Part shown: one piece after another, positions 1-14,435 of the stretch
Layout of the letters: every line of letters begins with the position of its first letter
How positions within the stretch are numbered: position 1 is the first letter of the stretch
NCBI GenBank assembly: GCA_040757775.1
Contig: JBFLWQ010000007.1
Coordinates: 65,728-129,727, forward strand
Reading direction: 5' to 3'
Source: Thermodesulfobacteriota bacterium
Lineage (GTDB): Bacteria; Desulfobacterota; UBA8473
Length of the DNA: 64,000 nucleotides
Made by a program: the position numbers and the translations under genes
Notes under the pieces: model-generated
What the model was told of the DNA's origin: nothing
What the model saw: the letters and a program-made list of their open reading frames with translations, nothing else
The model's database searches: none

Positions 1-1
1 G

Positions 2-943
2 GGAATAAAAGAAGGAAAGATGGTGCTGTTAGCTAAAAAGACCCTCGAAATAGTTAGGGAACTGCCAGAAGAAAAGGTGTCTTTAAAATTAAAAGAATCT
101 TCTCAAGGAGGAGGGAGTATAGAGATTGTTTGCGGGAAATTTGTATTTAATCTTACTAGTATGGACCCCAAAGAATTTCCTTCTTTGCCGACATACGAAG
201 ATGTTAATTTATTTCCTGTAGATATTGAGAAGGTTAGGGAGATGATTAAAAAGACAATATTTGCCGCTTCATTAGATGAAAAAAGGCACAATCTGAATGG
301 GGTGTTCTTTGAAAAGGATGAAAGAATAATTAGGATGGTTGCAACAGATGGACATAGACTTTCTATGATAGAAAAAGAAGAAGAGGAGACAGCAGATTTC
401 AGATTAGACAAAGGAATTATATTTCCGAGAAAGGGACTCAATGAGCTTAAGAGGATATTAGAAGATGATAAGGAAAATAAAAAGGTATATATTGGAATAA
501 AAGAAAATAATTGCGTTTTTAAGATAGGCCGGCTATCTATGATAATGAGATTGCTGGAGGGAGAATTCCCTGATTATAGGATGTTAATACCTAAGGATAA
601 CGACAAAAAGTTTGTAGTTAACAAAAGCAGATTTATAAATTCCTTAAGAAGGGTATCGCTGGTTTCTGAAGAAAGATTGAAACCAGTTAAGTTTTATATT
701 TCTACAGGAAAGATAGAATTGAGAGCAAGCAATGCGGATTATGGAGAGGCATATGAGGAAATGGAATTAGACTATGGAGGTCCGGATTTAATGATGGCTT
801 TTAATGCAGGTTATTTTATCGAAGCCCTGAATATTTTAGATGGAGATGACGCATTAATAGAGTTAAAAGATGCTTTAAGCCCGGCCGTATTAAAAACGAA
901 TGATAGTAGCCATATAAGCATAATAATGCCAATGAGGGCATAA
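2..943 (+). CDS. dnaN: DNA polymerase III beta sliding clamp, 5'-truncated at window edge (about 60 N-terminal residues missing)
   Basis: The ORF is open to position 2 with no upstream stop. The translation shows DnaN domain 2/3 architecture and ends ...IIMPMRA. Confidence 0.8.
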   Translation, partial: GIKEGKMVLLAKKTLEIVRELPEEKVSLKLKESSQGGGSIEIVCGKFVFNLTSMDPKEFPSLPTYEDVNLFPVDIEKVREMIKKTIFAASLDEKRHNLNGVFFEKDERIIRMVATDGHRLSMIEKEEEETADFRLDKGIIFPRKGLNELKRILEDDKENKKVYIGIKENNCVFKIGRLSMIMRLLEGEFPDYRMLIPKDNDKKFVVNKSRFINSLRRVSLVSEERLKPVKFYISTGKIELRASNADYGEAYEEMELDYGGPDLMMAFNAGYFIEALNILDGDDALIELKDALSPAVLKTNDSSHISIIMPMRA

Positions 944-1005
944 AAAGATTTGGGGGGTTAAAATATAGGACGTATATATGTAAATATGATAATGGCAAGA
1001 AAATA

Positions 1006-1485
1006 ATGATAGAAAAGATAAAAGACACTGAGACATATAGAGGGGAGGCAGTTAAATTGATAAGTTTAAATTATACACTATTTATTCAGATTATAGTTTT
1101 TCTTACAGTTTTGTGGATATTAACCAGATTTCTTTTTAAACCGGTTATTAATATTTTAGATGAAAGGTTAGAAAAGACAGAGGGCTTAAATAAAAAGGGA
1201 AAGGAAATAGAAGAAGAGGCTAAAAAGAAAAAAGAGGAGTATGAACAGAGACTTAAGGATGTGAGACGCAGGGCGCTGGAAATAAGAGATGGTTTGAAAA
1301 AAGATGGAGTAGAGGAAGAAAAAAATATACTAAAGGCCGTTACAAAAGAGGCAAAAGACAGTATAGAAGAGAAGAAGGGGGGGATATATAGAGATATAGA
1401 CCGGGTAAAAAGCGAGCTGGAGAAACGAATGGAAGAAAATTCCCGAGATATAGCAGAAAAGGTTTTTGGAAGGAGAATAGAGTAA
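1006..1485 (+). CDS. atpF2: F0F1 ATP synthase subunit b' (second b-type subunit)
   Basis: N-terminal transmembrane helix followed by a long charged coiled coil (EEEAKKKKEEYEQRLKD...). It sits immediately 5' of a second b-type gene. The true start may be an internal codon. Confidence 0.65.
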   Translation: MIEKIKDTETYRGEAVKLISLNYTLFIQIIVFLTVLWILTRFLFKPVINILDERLEKTEGLNKKGKEIEEEAKKKKEEYEQRLKDVRRRALEIRDGLKKDGVEEEKNILKAVTKEAKDSIEEKKGGIYRDIDRVKSELEKRMEENSRDIAEKVFGRRIE

Positions 1486-1979
1486 TGGATAAAGAGATAT
1501 GGAGTTTAATATGGAAAATTGCGAACTTTACAATTTTGGTTGTACTTCTTTATAAACTTCTGGCCAATCGGGTAAAGACCTTTTTTGAAAATAGAAGAAT
1601 GAGTATAGAAAATGCTATAAAAGAAGCAGAGAAAATAAAGAATGAAGCGGAAAAGAAGTATGAAGAATTAAAAGAAAAGCTGCAAAATATAGACAAAGAG
1701 GCAGAAAAGATTACGGAGCTTTTTAGAAAGGAAGGGTTGGCCGAAAAAGAGAGGATAATAGAGAATGCAAAAAAAGAGGCAGAGAAGATAAAAAAGCAGG
1801 CCGTCCAAACAATAGAGCAGGAAGCAATAAAGGCAAGATTGATGATTAGAAAAGAGTTTGCAGAATTAATGGTTAAAATGGCAGCCGACCTGATAAGTAA
1901 AAAGCAAAACGACAACGATAATGAGAGAATTGTAAAAGAATACATAGAAAACATAGAAAAGGTGGTAGAATTAAATTGA
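1485..1979 (+). CDS. atpF: F0F1 ATP synthase subunit b
   Basis: One transmembrane segment plus a KEAEKI-rich coiled coil. ATGA overlap with the upstream gene. Position within the atp operon. Confidence 0.8.
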   Translation: MDKEIWSLIWKIANFTILVVLLYKLLANRVKTFFENRRMSIENAIKEAEKIKNEAEKKYEELKEKLQNIDKEAEKITELFRKEGLAEKERIIENAKKEAEKIKKQAVQTIEQEAIKARLMIRKEFAELMVKMAADLISKKQNDNDNERIVKEYIENIEKVVELN

Positions 1980-2527
1980 TAAGCACTAGCATTACAAGAC
2001 GATATGCGGAAGCCCTAATCAGTATTGGAGTAGAGGAAGACAGTTGTGAAAAATTCGAGTCCGAACTCACAAAAATAAATAATACTCTAGATGAAAATAT
2101 TGAATTAAGAAATGTTATATATAGCTCCGTATATCCAATTAAAGACAGAAAAGGGATATTGAAGGAAATTATTAAACGACAGGAAGTTTCAAAAAACGTT
2201 GAGAACTTTTTGAATCTTCTAATAGACAAGAAAAGAATAGAGTTTCTCCCTCATATCTTAAAGAGGTATAGGGAAATACTTGACCAGATTGTTGGCAGAG
2301 TTAGGGCTAAAGTCATTGTAGCAAAAGATATGCCAGAAGATCTGATTTCTAAGCTGAAAGAATCCCTGGAAAGATATTCTGGCAAGGAAGTATTGTTAGA
2401 AATACAAGAGGATCCAGCCATTATAGGTGGTGTAATAACGAAATTGGGGAATGTTATCTTTGATGGCAGCATTATGACACAGCTTGAAAAAGTGAAAAAA
2501 TCAATAGTAAGGGGGGAAGAGGGTTAA
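1976..2527 (+). CDS. atpH: F0F1 ATP synthase subunit delta (OSCP)
   Basis: N-terminus RRYAEALISIG is typical of delta/OSCP. It is followed directly by atpA. Confidence 0.85.
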   Translation: MISTSITRRYAEALISIGVEEDSCEKFESELTKINNTLDENIELRNVIYSSVYPIKDRKGILKEIIKRQEVSKNVENFLNLLIDKKRIEFLPHILKRYREILDQIVGRVRAKVIVAKDMPEDLISKLKESLERYSGKEVLLEIQEDPAIIGGVITKLGNVIFDGSIMTQLEKVKKSIVRGEEG

Positions 2528-4036
<1,509 letters not shown>

Positions 4037-4050
4037 GAGGTTGAGTTGAT

Positions 4051-4914
4051 ATGGCAACATTAAGAGATATAAGAAGAAGGATAGGCAGTGTTAAGAATAC
4101 ACAGACAATAACTCGGGCTATGCAGATGGTTGCTGCAGCCAAATTGAGACGGGCACAGGATAGCGCGTTAAAAGCCCGACCCTATGCAGAAAAGATGGGG
4201 GAGGTATTAAGCAGCTTGGCTCTGAGGACGCGAGGAGAAGCCCACCCACTCCTTGAAAGAAGGGAGTCAAAGAGGGTTAGAATTATAGTAATTACGGCAG
4301 AACGGGGGCTTTGCGGGGCATTTAACAATAATGTGCTCTCTAAGGCAGAAGGTATTATAAAAGAGAACAAAGAGAGGTCTTTAGAGACATCGCTGGTAGT
4401 GATTGGCATAAAGGGAAGGGATTACTTTAAAAGGAGAAAATATAATAGACATCAAGAGTACACAAATGTCCTCGGTGATTTAAAATACAGCCTTGCTTCT
4501 AATATTGGAAGGGACATTGTAGAATCCTACGGGGACAGAGAAGTCGACGAGATCAGTTTGGTCTATACAAAATTTCGCTCCACTATGAGACAAGAGGTAG
4601 TCGCAGAAACCCTTTTACCAATTAAGCCTATGGAAATAGAACCAGGGGAATCGGTTATAGATTATATCTATGAACCCGACGAAGAGAGGATACTGAAAGA
4701 GATACTTCCACGATACATTGAGGTTCAGATATTCAAGGCATTGTTGGAATCAGTGGCAAGTGAATACGCAGCAAGGATGATGGCTATGGAGGCGGCAACT
4801 AAAAATGCCGGCGAATTGATTAACAGCCTTACCTTATCCTACAATAAAGCAAGGCAGGCAACTATTACAAAAGAGATGATGGATATTGTAGGTGGATCGG
4901 AAGCATTAAAATAA
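4051..4914 (+). CDS. atpG: F0F1 ATP synthase subunit gamma
   Basis: Start MATLRDIRRRI...TQTITRAMQMVAAAKLRRAQ is the canonical gamma N-terminus. Confidence 0.95.
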   Translation: MATLRDIRRRIGSVKNTQTITRAMQMVAAAKLRRAQDSALKARPYAEKMGEVLSSLALRTRGEAHPLLERRESKRVRIIVITAERGLCGAFNNNVLSKAEGIIKENKERSLETSLVVIGIKGRDYFKRRKYNRHQEYTNVLGDLKYSLASNIGRDIVESYGDREVDEISLVYTKFRSTMRQEVVAETLLPIKPMEIEPGESVIDYIYEPDEERILKEILPRYIEVQIFKALLESVASEYAARMMAMEAATKNAGELINSLTLSYNKARQATITKEMMDIVGGSEALK

Positions 4915-4919
4915 GTTAG

Positions 4920-6359
<1,440 letters not shown>

Positions 6360-6380
6360 CGAATTGAGGGAGAAATATCT

Positions 6381-6791
6381 GTGGAAGGGAAAATTCTTTT
6401 GGATATAGTTACACCAGAAAGGTCTGTAATAACGGAGGAGGTTAATGAAGTAACCGCCCCTGGGGAAGAGGGCGAATTCGGGGTTCTTCCCGGACACACC
6501 CCCTTTATTACAACATTGAAAATTGGAGAAATTAGATACCGGAAAAATGGAAACCCAAGCTATCTTGCAGTGAACTGGGGTTTTGCAGAAGTGACAGCCA
6601 ATAGAGTTTATATCCTGGTTGAGACTGCTGAAAAAGCTGAGCAGATAGATTTAAAAAGGGCTGAAGCAGCCAGAGCCAGAGCAGAAGAGAGAATTAAAAA
6701 GGCAGGCAAGGAAGAAATAGACCATGCAAGAGCCCAGGCGGCTTTGAGCAGGGCACTAGCGAGGATCCAGGTTGCTTCAAGGGCGAGATAA
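6381..6791 (+). CDS. atpC: F0F1 ATP synthase subunit epsilon
   Basis: GTG start with an SD. The sequence LDIVTPERSV...VLPGH is the epsilon beta-sandwich and is followed by a C-terminal helix. Confidence 0.9.
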   Translation: MEGKILLDIVTPERSVITEEVNEVTAPGEEGEFGVLPGHTPFITTLKIGEIRYRKNGNPSYLAVNWGFAEVTANRVYILVETAEKAEQIDLKRAEAARARAEERIKKAGKEEIDHARAQAALSRALARIQVASRAR

Positions 6792-6812
6792 GCCTGAGGC
6801 TATATCCCTTAA

Positions 6813-6848
6813 AGGGGGACGGGTTTAAAAACCCTGTCCCTTTTTTAT
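6813..6848 (+). terminator. Rho-independent terminator of the atp operon
   Basis: GGGGGACGGGTTTaaaaACCCTGTCCC hairpin followed by TTTTTTATTTT. Confidence 0.7.
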
Positions 6849-6891
6849 TTTGGTAAGTAGCAAGGGGAATTTTTTTCAGAGAAGGATTGGT

Positions 6892-8247
6892 GTGAGAGAA
6901 ATAGTCACAGTAATTCTGGCTGCTGGTAAGGGCACAAGGATGAAGTCCAATCTTGTGAAGGTACTTCATCCATTGATGGGTGAGCCCATGTTGTCCTTCC
7001 CTATAGAGGTGGCCAGAAAGATAAATTCTAAGGATATTATACTGGTAACAGGGTATCAGGCAGAGCTTATAAGGGAGCGGTTTAAAGAGGAAGGTCTGAC
7101 TTTTGTCGAACAGAAAGAGCAACTAGGTACAGGGCATGCTGTTTTGTGTACAAAGGACACCCTGAAGGATTTTAAAGGAGACATATTAATACTATGTGGC
7201 GATGTGCCCCTAATTAAGGAAGGTACCGTCAGAGCATTGATAGCCGTTCACCGGAAAGAAAATTCTAAGATTACCGTTTTAACAACGAATCTCCCGAGTC
7301 CTGAGGGTTATGGAAGAATAATAAGAGGTAATGACCGCGAGATTTTAAGGATTGTGGAAGAAAAAGATGCTACTGATGTGGAGAAAGAAATGAAGGAAGT
7401 CAACACGGGGATATACTGTGCAAAAGCCAGCTATTTATTTCGTGCTCTGCAAATGGTTGGCAGAGAAAATAGGCAGTATGAGTATTATTTGACCGATGTC
7501 GTAGCGATAGCCACAGAGGTTGAAGAGAAGGCAAAGGGCTTTTTAGCAGAGGACTCTTTTGAGGTTATGGGGATAAACAATAGAGAAGAACTGGCAAAGG
7601 CGAACGAGGTCATTAGAAAAGGTATTCTCTATAAACTAATGATGGAGGGGGTAAGTATTATAGATCCCCGGACGACATTCATAGAAAGGAACGTCAGGAT
7701 AGGAAGAGACACGGTGATTTATCCCAATTGCTATATACAAGGCAACTCACAAATAGGGAGAGAATGTACAATCGAACCCGGATCCATGATTACCAATTCT
7801 ATAATTGGTGATAATGTGACCATAAAGACCTGTTGTGTTATCAGTGATAGTAAGATAGCCAATAGAGTTGTAATTGGCCCTTTTGCCCATTTGAGACCCG
7901 ATACAGAGTTAGAGGACAGAGTTAAGATAGGAAATTTTGTGGAGGTTAAGAAGTCAAGGATTGGAGAAGGGAGCAAGGCAGCTCACCTCAGCTATTTAGG
8001 AGATGCCATACTGGGTAAGGGGGTAAATGTTGGGGCAGGGACCATTACATGTAACTACGATGGATTCAAAAAACATCAGACAATCATAGAAGACAATGTA
8101 TTTATAGGGAGTGATACCCAATTTATAGCACCCGTTAAGATTGGTGAAGGGGCATACATCGGAGCAGGGTCAACTATCACAGAGGATGTCCCCTCGGGCA
8201 ACTTGGCATTAGGCCGGGCAAAACAGGTGACCAAGAAGAGGAAGTAA
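6892..8247 (+). CDS. glmU: Bifunctional GlmU (UDP-GlcNAc pyrophosphorylase / GlcN-1-P acetyltransferase)
   Basis: VILAAGKGTRM nucleotidyltransferase motif and C-terminal left-handed beta-helix hexapeptide repeats. GTG start with an AAGGA SD. The six-frame ORF extends upstream to 6850. Confidence 0.9.
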   Translation: MREIVTVILAAGKGTRMKSNLVKVLHPLMGEPMLSFPIEVARKINSKDIILVTGYQAELIRERFKEEGLTFVEQKEQLGTGHAVLCTKDTLKDFKGDILILCGDVPLIKEGTVRALIAVHRKENSKITVLTTNLPSPEGYGRIIRGNDREILRIVEEKDATDVEKEMKEVNTGIYCAKASYLFRALQMVGRENRQYEYYLTDVVAIATEVEEKAKGFLAEDSFEVMGINNREELAKANEVIRKGILYKLMMEGVSIIDPRTTFIERNVRIGRDTVIYPNCYIQGNSQIGRECTIEPGSMITNSIIGDNVTIKTCCVISDSKIANRVVIGPFAHLRPDTELEDRVKIGNFVEVKKSRIGEGSKAAHLSYLGDAILGKGVNVGAGTITCNYDGFKKHQTIIEDNVFIGSDTQFIAPVKIGEGAYIGAGSTITEDVPSGNLALGRAKQVTKKRK

Positions 8248-8262
8248 AATAGAGACATAATT

Positions 8263-10092
8263 ATGTGCGGCATAATTGGCTACATAGGAAAGAGGAAGAG
8301 CACACCTATCCTGTTAGAGGGACTTAAGAGACTTGAGTACAGGGGATACGACTCGGCAGGAATCGCTGTTTTTGATAATGGTGGCATTGAAGTGCGCCGT
8401 TGTAAGGGAAAAATAAAAAATCTGGAGGATTCTATAAGAAACGAGGTTTTTTGTGGAAGCGTTGGCATAGGGCATACACGGTGGGCAACCCATGGTAGAC
8501 CATCTGAGGAAAATGCCCACCCCCATAAAGCCGGCGGGGTGGCAGTTGTACATAATGGAATAATAGAGAACTATGTTGAGTTGAAAGAGATATTGATCTC
8601 CGAAGGATGTAAGTTTCAATCCGAGACAGATACTGAGATTATATCCCATCTCATAGACAGGTTTATTGCTTCAGGGCAAGACATTGAGTCTGCCGTTAGA
8701 AAGGCTATGAAAAAGCTGAAGGGGTCATATGCCATAGCGGTTCTCTATGAGAAAGAACCAAGAAAGCTTATTGCTGCTAAAAAGGAAAGCCCACTAGTGA
8801 TAGGGTTAGGAGAGGATGAATTCTTTGTGGCGTCTGACATCCCTGCAATTCTGAACCACACAAGAAGGGTAATCTTCTTAGATGACAATGAGATGGCAGT
8901 TCTATCGGACAATGGGGCAAGGATAATTTCTCTTGAAGGCAAGGAGATTAACAGGGAGCCCAAAAAGATTCTCTGGGACCCTGTTATGGCGGAAAAAGAA
9001 GGCTATAAGCACTTTATGCTAAAGGAGATATTTGAACAGCCCCGGTCTATAACCGATACTATAAGAGGGAGGATTTTCAAGGGCAGAGGTGAGGTTTCCC
9101 TGGAAGAGATGAATATCTCTCCTGGAGAATTGGGCAAGATAAACCGCATACTCCTGATTGCCTGCGGTACATCTTTCCATGCTGCCCTGGTAGGGGAATT
9201 TATGATTGAGGAATTTTGTCGGATTCCTGTTGAAGTAGACCTAGGGTCGGAGTTTCGCTATCGAGATCCAATAATAGATGAGGCAACACTCTCGATCTTT
9301 ATTTCCCAATCCGGGGAGACAGCAGACACTCTGGCGGCATTAAGAGAGACTAAGAGAAAAGGGGGAAGAACCCTCTCAATCTGTAATGTGTTGGATAGCA
9401 GCATCGTTCGTGAATCCCACGGGGTAATATATACCCATGCCGGGCCAGAGATAGGCGTAGCATCTACCAAAGCATTTACTACTCAACTGGCGGCACTTTA
9501 TCTTCTGACTCTTTATCTGGCCAAAATCAAGAAGAGTACCACTGCGAGAAGAACAAAGAATATTCTGGGAGAGCTAGCCAAGATCCCCCATAATATTGAA
9601 GATATTCTGGAACGGGAAGGGGAGATCAAGGAGATAGCCAAGAAGTATTTCCGTTGCCAAAATTTTCTATACTTAGGAAGGGGGATAAATTATCCTCTTG
9701 CTTTAGAAGGGGCATTGAAGCTAAAGGAGATTTCGTATATCCATGCAGAAGGTTACCCGGCAGGTGAAATGAAGCACGGCCCCATCGCACTAATCGACAA
9801 TGATATGCCCGTGGTGGTCCTGGTATCAAACGATATATCTTATGAAAAGATTGTAGGCAACATTGAAGAGGTAAAGGCGAGGCGGGGGAAAATAATAGCA
9901 ATAGCAAGCATATCCCGCAGGGAGATTGCAAAGAAGGTCGACGATGTGTTTTTTATTCCTCAAACAATACCATCCTTAAGCCCCATTTTGTTTGCTATCC
10001 CCCTCCAGCTTTTGGCATATCATATTGCAGTGCTGAGGGGAACAGACGTTGATCAGCCCAGAAACCTGGCAAAAAGCGTGACAGTGGAGTAA
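8263..10092 (+). CDS. glmS: Glutamine--fructose-6-phosphate aminotransferase
   Basis: MCGIIGY N-terminal nucleophile, two SIS domains, and C-terminal ...AKSVTVE. Confidence 0.97.
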   Translation: MCGIIGYIGKRKSTPILLEGLKRLEYRGYDSAGIAVFDNGGIEVRRCKGKIKNLEDSIRNEVFCGSVGIGHTRWATHGRPSEENAHPHKAGGVAVVHNGIIENYVELKEILISEGCKFQSETDTEIISHLIDRFIASGQDIESAVRKAMKKLKGSYAIAVLYEKEPRKLIAAKKESPLVIGLGEDEFFVASDIPAILNHTRRVIFLDDNEMAVLSDNGARIISLEGKEINREPKKILWDPVMAEKEGYKHFMLKEIFEQPRSITDTIRGRIFKGRGEVSLEEMNISPGELGKINRILLIACGTSFHAALVGEFMIEEFCRIPVEVDLGSEFRYRDPIIDEATLSIFISQSGETADTLAALRETKRKGGRTLSICNVLDSSIVRESHGVIYTHAGPEIGVASTKAFTTQLAALYLLTLYLAKIKKSTTARRTKNILGELAKIPHNIEDILEREGEIKEIAKKYFRCQNFLYLGRGINYPLALEGALKLKEISYIHAEGYPAGEMKHGPIALIDNDMPVVVLVSNDISYEKIVGNIEEVKARRGKIIAIASISRREIAKKVDDVFFIPQTIPSLSPILFAIPLQLLAYHIAVLRGTDVDQPRNLAKSVTVE

Positions 10093-10114
10093 GGTTTTAA
10101 GATAGGACAAGGGT

Positions 10115-10402
10115 ATGAAGATAACCAAGGAAGAGGTTGATAAGGTAGCAAGATTGGCACGTCTGGGATTCACAGAGGAGGAAAAGGAAAAGTTTGCCAG
10201 CCAACTTAACACTATACTCGTTTATTTTGACAAGTTAAGAGAATTGGATACAAGAGGAGTTGAAGCTACCTCCCATGCCAGCACCATAAGCAATGTATTC
10301 AGGGATGATAAGGTTGAATCGTCCATCTCGAAAGAAGAGTCCCTGATGAATGCCCCTGATGGTAAGAGAGGCTGCTTCAGGGTTCCCAGGATTATAGAGT
10401 GA
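10115..10402 (+). CDS. gatC: Glu/Asp-tRNA amidotransferase subunit C
   Basis: 95 aa. VARLARLGFTEEE motif. Sits immediately upstream of gatA. Confidence 0.85.
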   Translation: MKITKEEVDKVARLARLGFTEEEKEKFASQLNTILVYFDKLRELDTRGVEATSHASTISNVFRDDKVESSISKEESLMNAPDGKRGCFRVPRIIE

Positions 10403-10419
10403 ATGAGGACTGAGCAGAT

Positions 10420-11895
10420 ATGGAATTGTATAGGTTGACTATACACGAATTACAAGAGATGTTGGGAAAAGGGGAAGTTACTTCAAAGGAGATAACAGAG
10501 TCTGTATTCAGAAGAATAGAGGATGTTGAAGGAAAAACAAGGGCATTTATCACGATAATGAAGGAGCAGGGATTGAGGCAAGCAGAAATTGCCGACATGA
10601 GAATCAAAGAAGGTAAGCCGAGCAGACTGACGGGTATTCCTCTGGCGATAAAGGACAACATGTGTATAAAAGGGATAAAGACTACCTGTGGTTCAAAGAT
10701 ACTGGAGAATTACATACCTCCATATAATGGGAGTGTAATTGAGAGATTAAAGGAACACCTGCCGGTTTTTATTGGCAAGACCAATATGGATGAGTTTGCT
10801 ATGGGGTCGTCTACGGAAACATCGTACTTTGGTGCAACCCGCAATCCCTGGGATCTGGAAAGAATACCGGGGGGGTCCAGCGGCGGTTCTGCAAGCGCGG
10901 TTGCTGCAGATGAGAGTATTGCAGCCCTGGGGTCTGATACCGGAGGGTCCATCAGGCAGCCAGCAGCATGCTGTGGCATAGTTGGTCTAAAGCCAACTTA
11001 CGGGCGGGTGTCCCGTTTTGGACTGGTGGCATTTGCCTCTTCCCTGGACCAGATTGGTCCTATGACAAAGGACGTCAGAGATTGTAGTATCCTGTTGTCC
11101 GTTATAAGTGGTCATGATAAATTGGATTCCACCTCTATAAACGTTGAGGTGTCTGATTATGAAAAGAGCCTTGGGAGAGATATAAAGGGGGTAAAGATAG
11201 GCATTCCCAAGGAGTATTTTATAGAAAGGATTGCCCCTGATGTAGACAAGTCTTTATGGAGTGCGGTAAAAGAGATGGAGAAGCTGGGGGCAACTTACAA
11301 AGAGGTCTCCCTGCCCCATAGTGAGCACGCAGTAGCGGTCTATTATCTGATTGCACCGGCAGAGGCGAGTTCTAATCTTGCCCGTTATGACGGTGTAAAA
11401 TACGGATATAGAGTTCAGGGGGCTAAAGGATTAATGGAGATGTATACACAGACCAGATCTCAGGGATTTGGTCAAGAGGTTAAACGGAGAATCATGCTCG
11501 GCACCTATGCACTTTCTGCAGGGTATTACGATGCCTATTATAAAAAAGCGTCGCAGGTTAGAACCCTTATAAAGAGGGACTTTGATGAAGCATTTAAAGA
11601 GTGCGATGTGCTGCTCACTCCTACCGCGCCGACTCCTGCCTTCAAGATTGGAGAAAAGACAGATGATCCCTTGCAGATGTACCTTTCCGATATATTTACA
11701 ATCCCGGCAAATCTAGCTGGCATTCCTGGCATATCCATCCCCTGTGGTTTTAGCAGAGAGGGATTGCCTATAGGATTACAGCTTTTGGGAAGACATTTTG
11801 ATGAAGAAAGACTTCTGCAGGTGGCATATGCCTTCGAACAGCATACCGATTATCATTTAAAAAAGCCGGTTATTGGGTCTGTGAACAAAAGATAA
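10420..11895 (+). CDS. gatA: Glu/Asp-tRNA amidotransferase subunit A (amidase)
   Basis: Amidase signature [12 protein letters not shown] and the catalytic Ser-cisSer-Lys context. Confidence 0.95.
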   Translation: MELYRLTIHELQEMLGKGEVTSKEITESVFRRIEDVEGKTRAFITIMKEQGLRQAEIADMRIKEGKPSRLTGIPLAIKDNMCIKGIKTTCGSKILENYIPPYNGSVIERLKEHLPVFIGKTNMDEFAMGSSTETSYFGATRNPWDLERIPGGSSGGSASAVAADESIAALGSDTGGSIRQPAACCGIVGLKPTYGRVSRFGLVAFASSLDQIGPMTKDVRDCSILLSVISGHDKLDSTSINVEVSDYEKSLGRDIKGVKIGIPKEYFIERIAPDVDKSLWSAVKEMEKLGATYKEVSLPHSEHAVAVYYLIAPAEASSNLARYDGVKYGYRVQGAKGLMEMYTQTRSQGFGQEVKRRIMLGTYALSAGYYDAYYKKASQVRTLIKRDFDEAFKECDVLLTPTAPTPAFKIGEKTDDPLQMYLSDIFTIPANLAGIPGISIPCGFSREGLPIGLQLLGRHFDEERLLQVAYAFEQHTDYHLKKPVIGSVNKR

Positions 11896-12042
11896 AAACC
11901 TGAGTCAAAATCAGTCGAATAGAGAATACACTTCCAATAGAGACAAAGAAGAACAGGATGCCAGATAGAAGACAGGTAGGGGTATGCTTTTTTGAAGGAG
12001 GGTCTGACAAAGCAACAGAGTGTGTAATTACCAGAGATTCAT

Positions 12043-13359
12043 TTAATTGGATGAAGCAGGCTGAAGTTTAGCAGTTATATTGTCTTTAATCCAATGAGAA
12101 TCCCACCATTCTTTGGGATTAACAAAAGTACCTTGGACCAGCATACTAAAGTGGAGATGGTCTCCTCCGGCGAGTCCAGTAGTACCTGTATTACCAATAA
12201 CATCCCCTTTCTGCACTTCTACCCCGGGTTTTACCTTGAAACTACTGAGATGGGAATACAGACTAAAGATGCCCTGGCCGTGGTCTATAATTACGGTATT
12301 CCCATAAATCCCTAAATAATCAGCAAATACTATTATCCCATTATTAGCTGCCTTCACCGGGAATTGTTCCAATGCAGCGATGTCTACCCCAAGATGCACC
12401 TGTTTATCAATTTCTCTACCCTGATAGTAGTAAGTCCTATTCTCGGCAAATTGTGCTTTAGGCGAACCTTCGGTCCTCAAAAATGGCCCCCCGTCCCATA
12501 ATCTCTTAGGATTTGATTTGCTGCAGACAGCCTTTATTTTTCTGTCGCATTCTTTACGCAACCAGCCATTTACCTTCAAATATATATCAAGGTTCTCCCC
12601 CCGAAGGTTATCATATCTGGCACTGAATTCTGGCATCTTTTGATTTAGAAAACTATCTGAGATATCCATTTTGGCTTCTATAAATTTTTTACTGATAATC
12701 AAGTGGGGGAAGGATATTTTAGTTGTGTTCCCGGCGCTATCCTGAGCCATAAGCATAATTGGGAGTGGATTAACGGCATCCCAGGGGAGGGCAAAGTAAG
12801 CTACATGCGCCCCGTCAGGGGTAACGGGATAGCCGCCAAAGAAAAGGTCTCCTACCAGGATGCCACTCTTTAGGGCATCTTTGGAAACACTGTAGAGCAC
12901 TAAACAACTGCCTCCCACGTTTATATTATGATTCAAGCTAGTAAGACCTATTTGTGGTGGAAGGGTATCAACGACAACCTCCTTTTCCAATCGGGACTCA
13001 TTTTTAAACAGGAAACTATTACGGGCTGAAATTATTAGAGTTGCCTTTCCATCTTTTAATCCCAATACAAGAGGTTTTATAGAGAGTTTTATATCCTGTT
13101 TATGTTCTCCCTTCGTGGGAAAGTCAAGGTTTGAAATTTTTTTCTCGCTATCCCCCTGTTTTATTGATACCTGAACATACACTATTTTGCTCTTCTGGTC
13201 CTCTACCGAAAACCCAAGTTCCTGGTTTTGGCCAAGGAACCCTATATCTTTCCCGAAGATTATTTTTGGTGGAGTAAGGTCTCCTTTAATTACAACCCAT
13301 ATCCCTATCAACACAAATACCAAAATTAATGCTGTAAGAAAAAAGAATCTTTTAGACAT
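12043..13359 (-). CDS. M23 family metallopeptidase with N-terminal membrane anchor
   Basis: C-terminal HLGVDIAA...GNTGTTGLAGGDHLHF is the LytM/M23 motif. N-terminal transmembrane helix. Confidence 0.8.
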   Translation of the reverse strand: MSKRFFFLTALILVFVLIGIWVVIKGDLTPPKIIFGKDIGFLGQNQELGFSVEDQKSKIVYVQVSIKQGDSEKKISNLDFPTKGEHKQDIKLSIKPLVLGLKDGKATLIISARNSFLFKNESRLEKEVVVDTLPPQIGLTSLNHNINVGGSCLVLYSVSKDALKSGILVGDLFFGGYPVTPDGAHVAYFALPWDAVNPLPIMLMAQDSAGNTTKISFPHLIISKKFIEAKMDISDSFLNQKMPEFSARYDNLRGENLDIYLKVNGWLRKECDRKIKAVCSKSNPKRLWDGGPFLRTEGSPKAQFAENRTYYYQGREIDKQVHLGVDIAALEQFPVKAANNGIIVFADYLGIYGNTVIIDHGQGIFSLYSHLSSFKVKPGVEVQKGDVIGNTGTTGLAGGDHLHFSMLVQGTFVNPKEWWDSHWIKDNITAKLQPASSN

Positions 13360-13382
13360 TTACCCTATATCCTCCTGCCGCC

Positions 13383-14423
13383 TTACGGTTTTGTCTCTTT
13401 CATATGAACCGTTCTAATTGGAAATGGAATTTCAATACCCTCTTTCTTATATCGTTTGTGTAATTTCTTCACTAATTCATGTGTCAGGATGTATTGGTCA
13501 ATAAATTCCCTGCCACGCATTATTACAGTAAAGTTTATGCTGAAGTCGGCAAAGGTATGGTAACGAATAAAAGGCTCAAAAGACAGCTCATTCCCCACAA
13601 TGTCTTCCATTACCTCTTTTGCCACTTCGATTGTTACTTTTTCCACGTGTTCAAGATCACTATCGTAGCTTACCCCAACCTGAACACGCACTGAAAGTTC
13701 TCTCTCTGGAAGATTGTAATTTGTGGTAATAGCGGATGCCAGTTTAGAATTTGGAACAATTATGATGTTGTTGGGAAGGGCCTTTAAGGTTGTATTTCGC
13801 CAGTTAATGTCTACTACATAACCTTCGTTTCCTGTATCAAGCTTTATGTAATCCCCTGCCTTTACCTGTCTTGAGGCGATAATATAAAATCCGGAGAACA
13901 GATTGGAGAGAGTATCCTGAAGCGCCAAAGCAATGGCAATCCCCCCGACTCCCAGGGCAGTAATTATGGGGGTAATGGAGATGCCGAGGGTCTGTAGAAT
14001 AATTAAGCCCCCCACAATAAAAATCAGTATCCTTGCCACGTTCGTAAAGATCGATGTCGATATTAATGCCCCCTCTGTTTTATTGGTGTATATCTTTACT
14101 ACACCGACCGCTATTTTTGCCAATACCCATGTTATAGAGAAAATAACAACAATCAGCAGGACTTTCTGAAACATATTTGAAAGTTTTGCGGACAGCGGGA
14201 TGCTGGGGAGGGCTGAATATATCCCGGCAATAAGGAACCAAAGCAATATCATACCCTTAAGAGGTTCTATTACAACATTATATCCTTCCCACTTTGTTTT
14301 ATGGGCTAGTTTGATAATCCTTGAAAAGATTATTTTTTGTAAGATTACCCCTGCAAGCACCCAACCCAAAATAATGCTTATGGGGATAATAAACGATGAA
14401 ATCTTTGAAAACTCAAAGGACAT
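13383..14423 (-). CDS. mscS: Small-conductance mechanosensitive channel (MscS family)
   Basis: Multiple transmembrane helices followed by an MscS beta-domain. Start chosen at MSFEFSK. The ORF track extends 26 codons further to 14501. Confidence 0.75.
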   Translation of the reverse strand: MSFEFSKISSFIIPISIILGWVLAGVILQKIIFSRIIKLAHKTKWEGYNVVIEPLKGMILLWFLIAGIYSALPSIPLSAKLSNMFQKVLLIVVIFSITWVLAKIAVGVVKIYTNKTEGALISTSIFTNVARILIFIVGGLIILQTLGISITPIITALGVGGIAIALALQDTLSNLFSGFYIIASRQVKAGDYIKLDTGNEGYVVDINWRNTTLKALPNNIIIVPNSKLASAITTNYNLPERELSVRVQVGVSYDSDLEHVEKVTIEVAKEVMEDIVGNELSFEPFIRYHTFADFSINFTVIMRGREFIDQYILTHELVKKLHKRYKKEGIEIPFPIRTVHMKETKP

Positions 14424-14435
14424 ATAAAACCCCGA

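Noticed and set aside
10710-10981. Overlapping plus and minus ORFs inside gatA
   Set aside because: They are internal to a conserved gene and are GC-skew artefacts.
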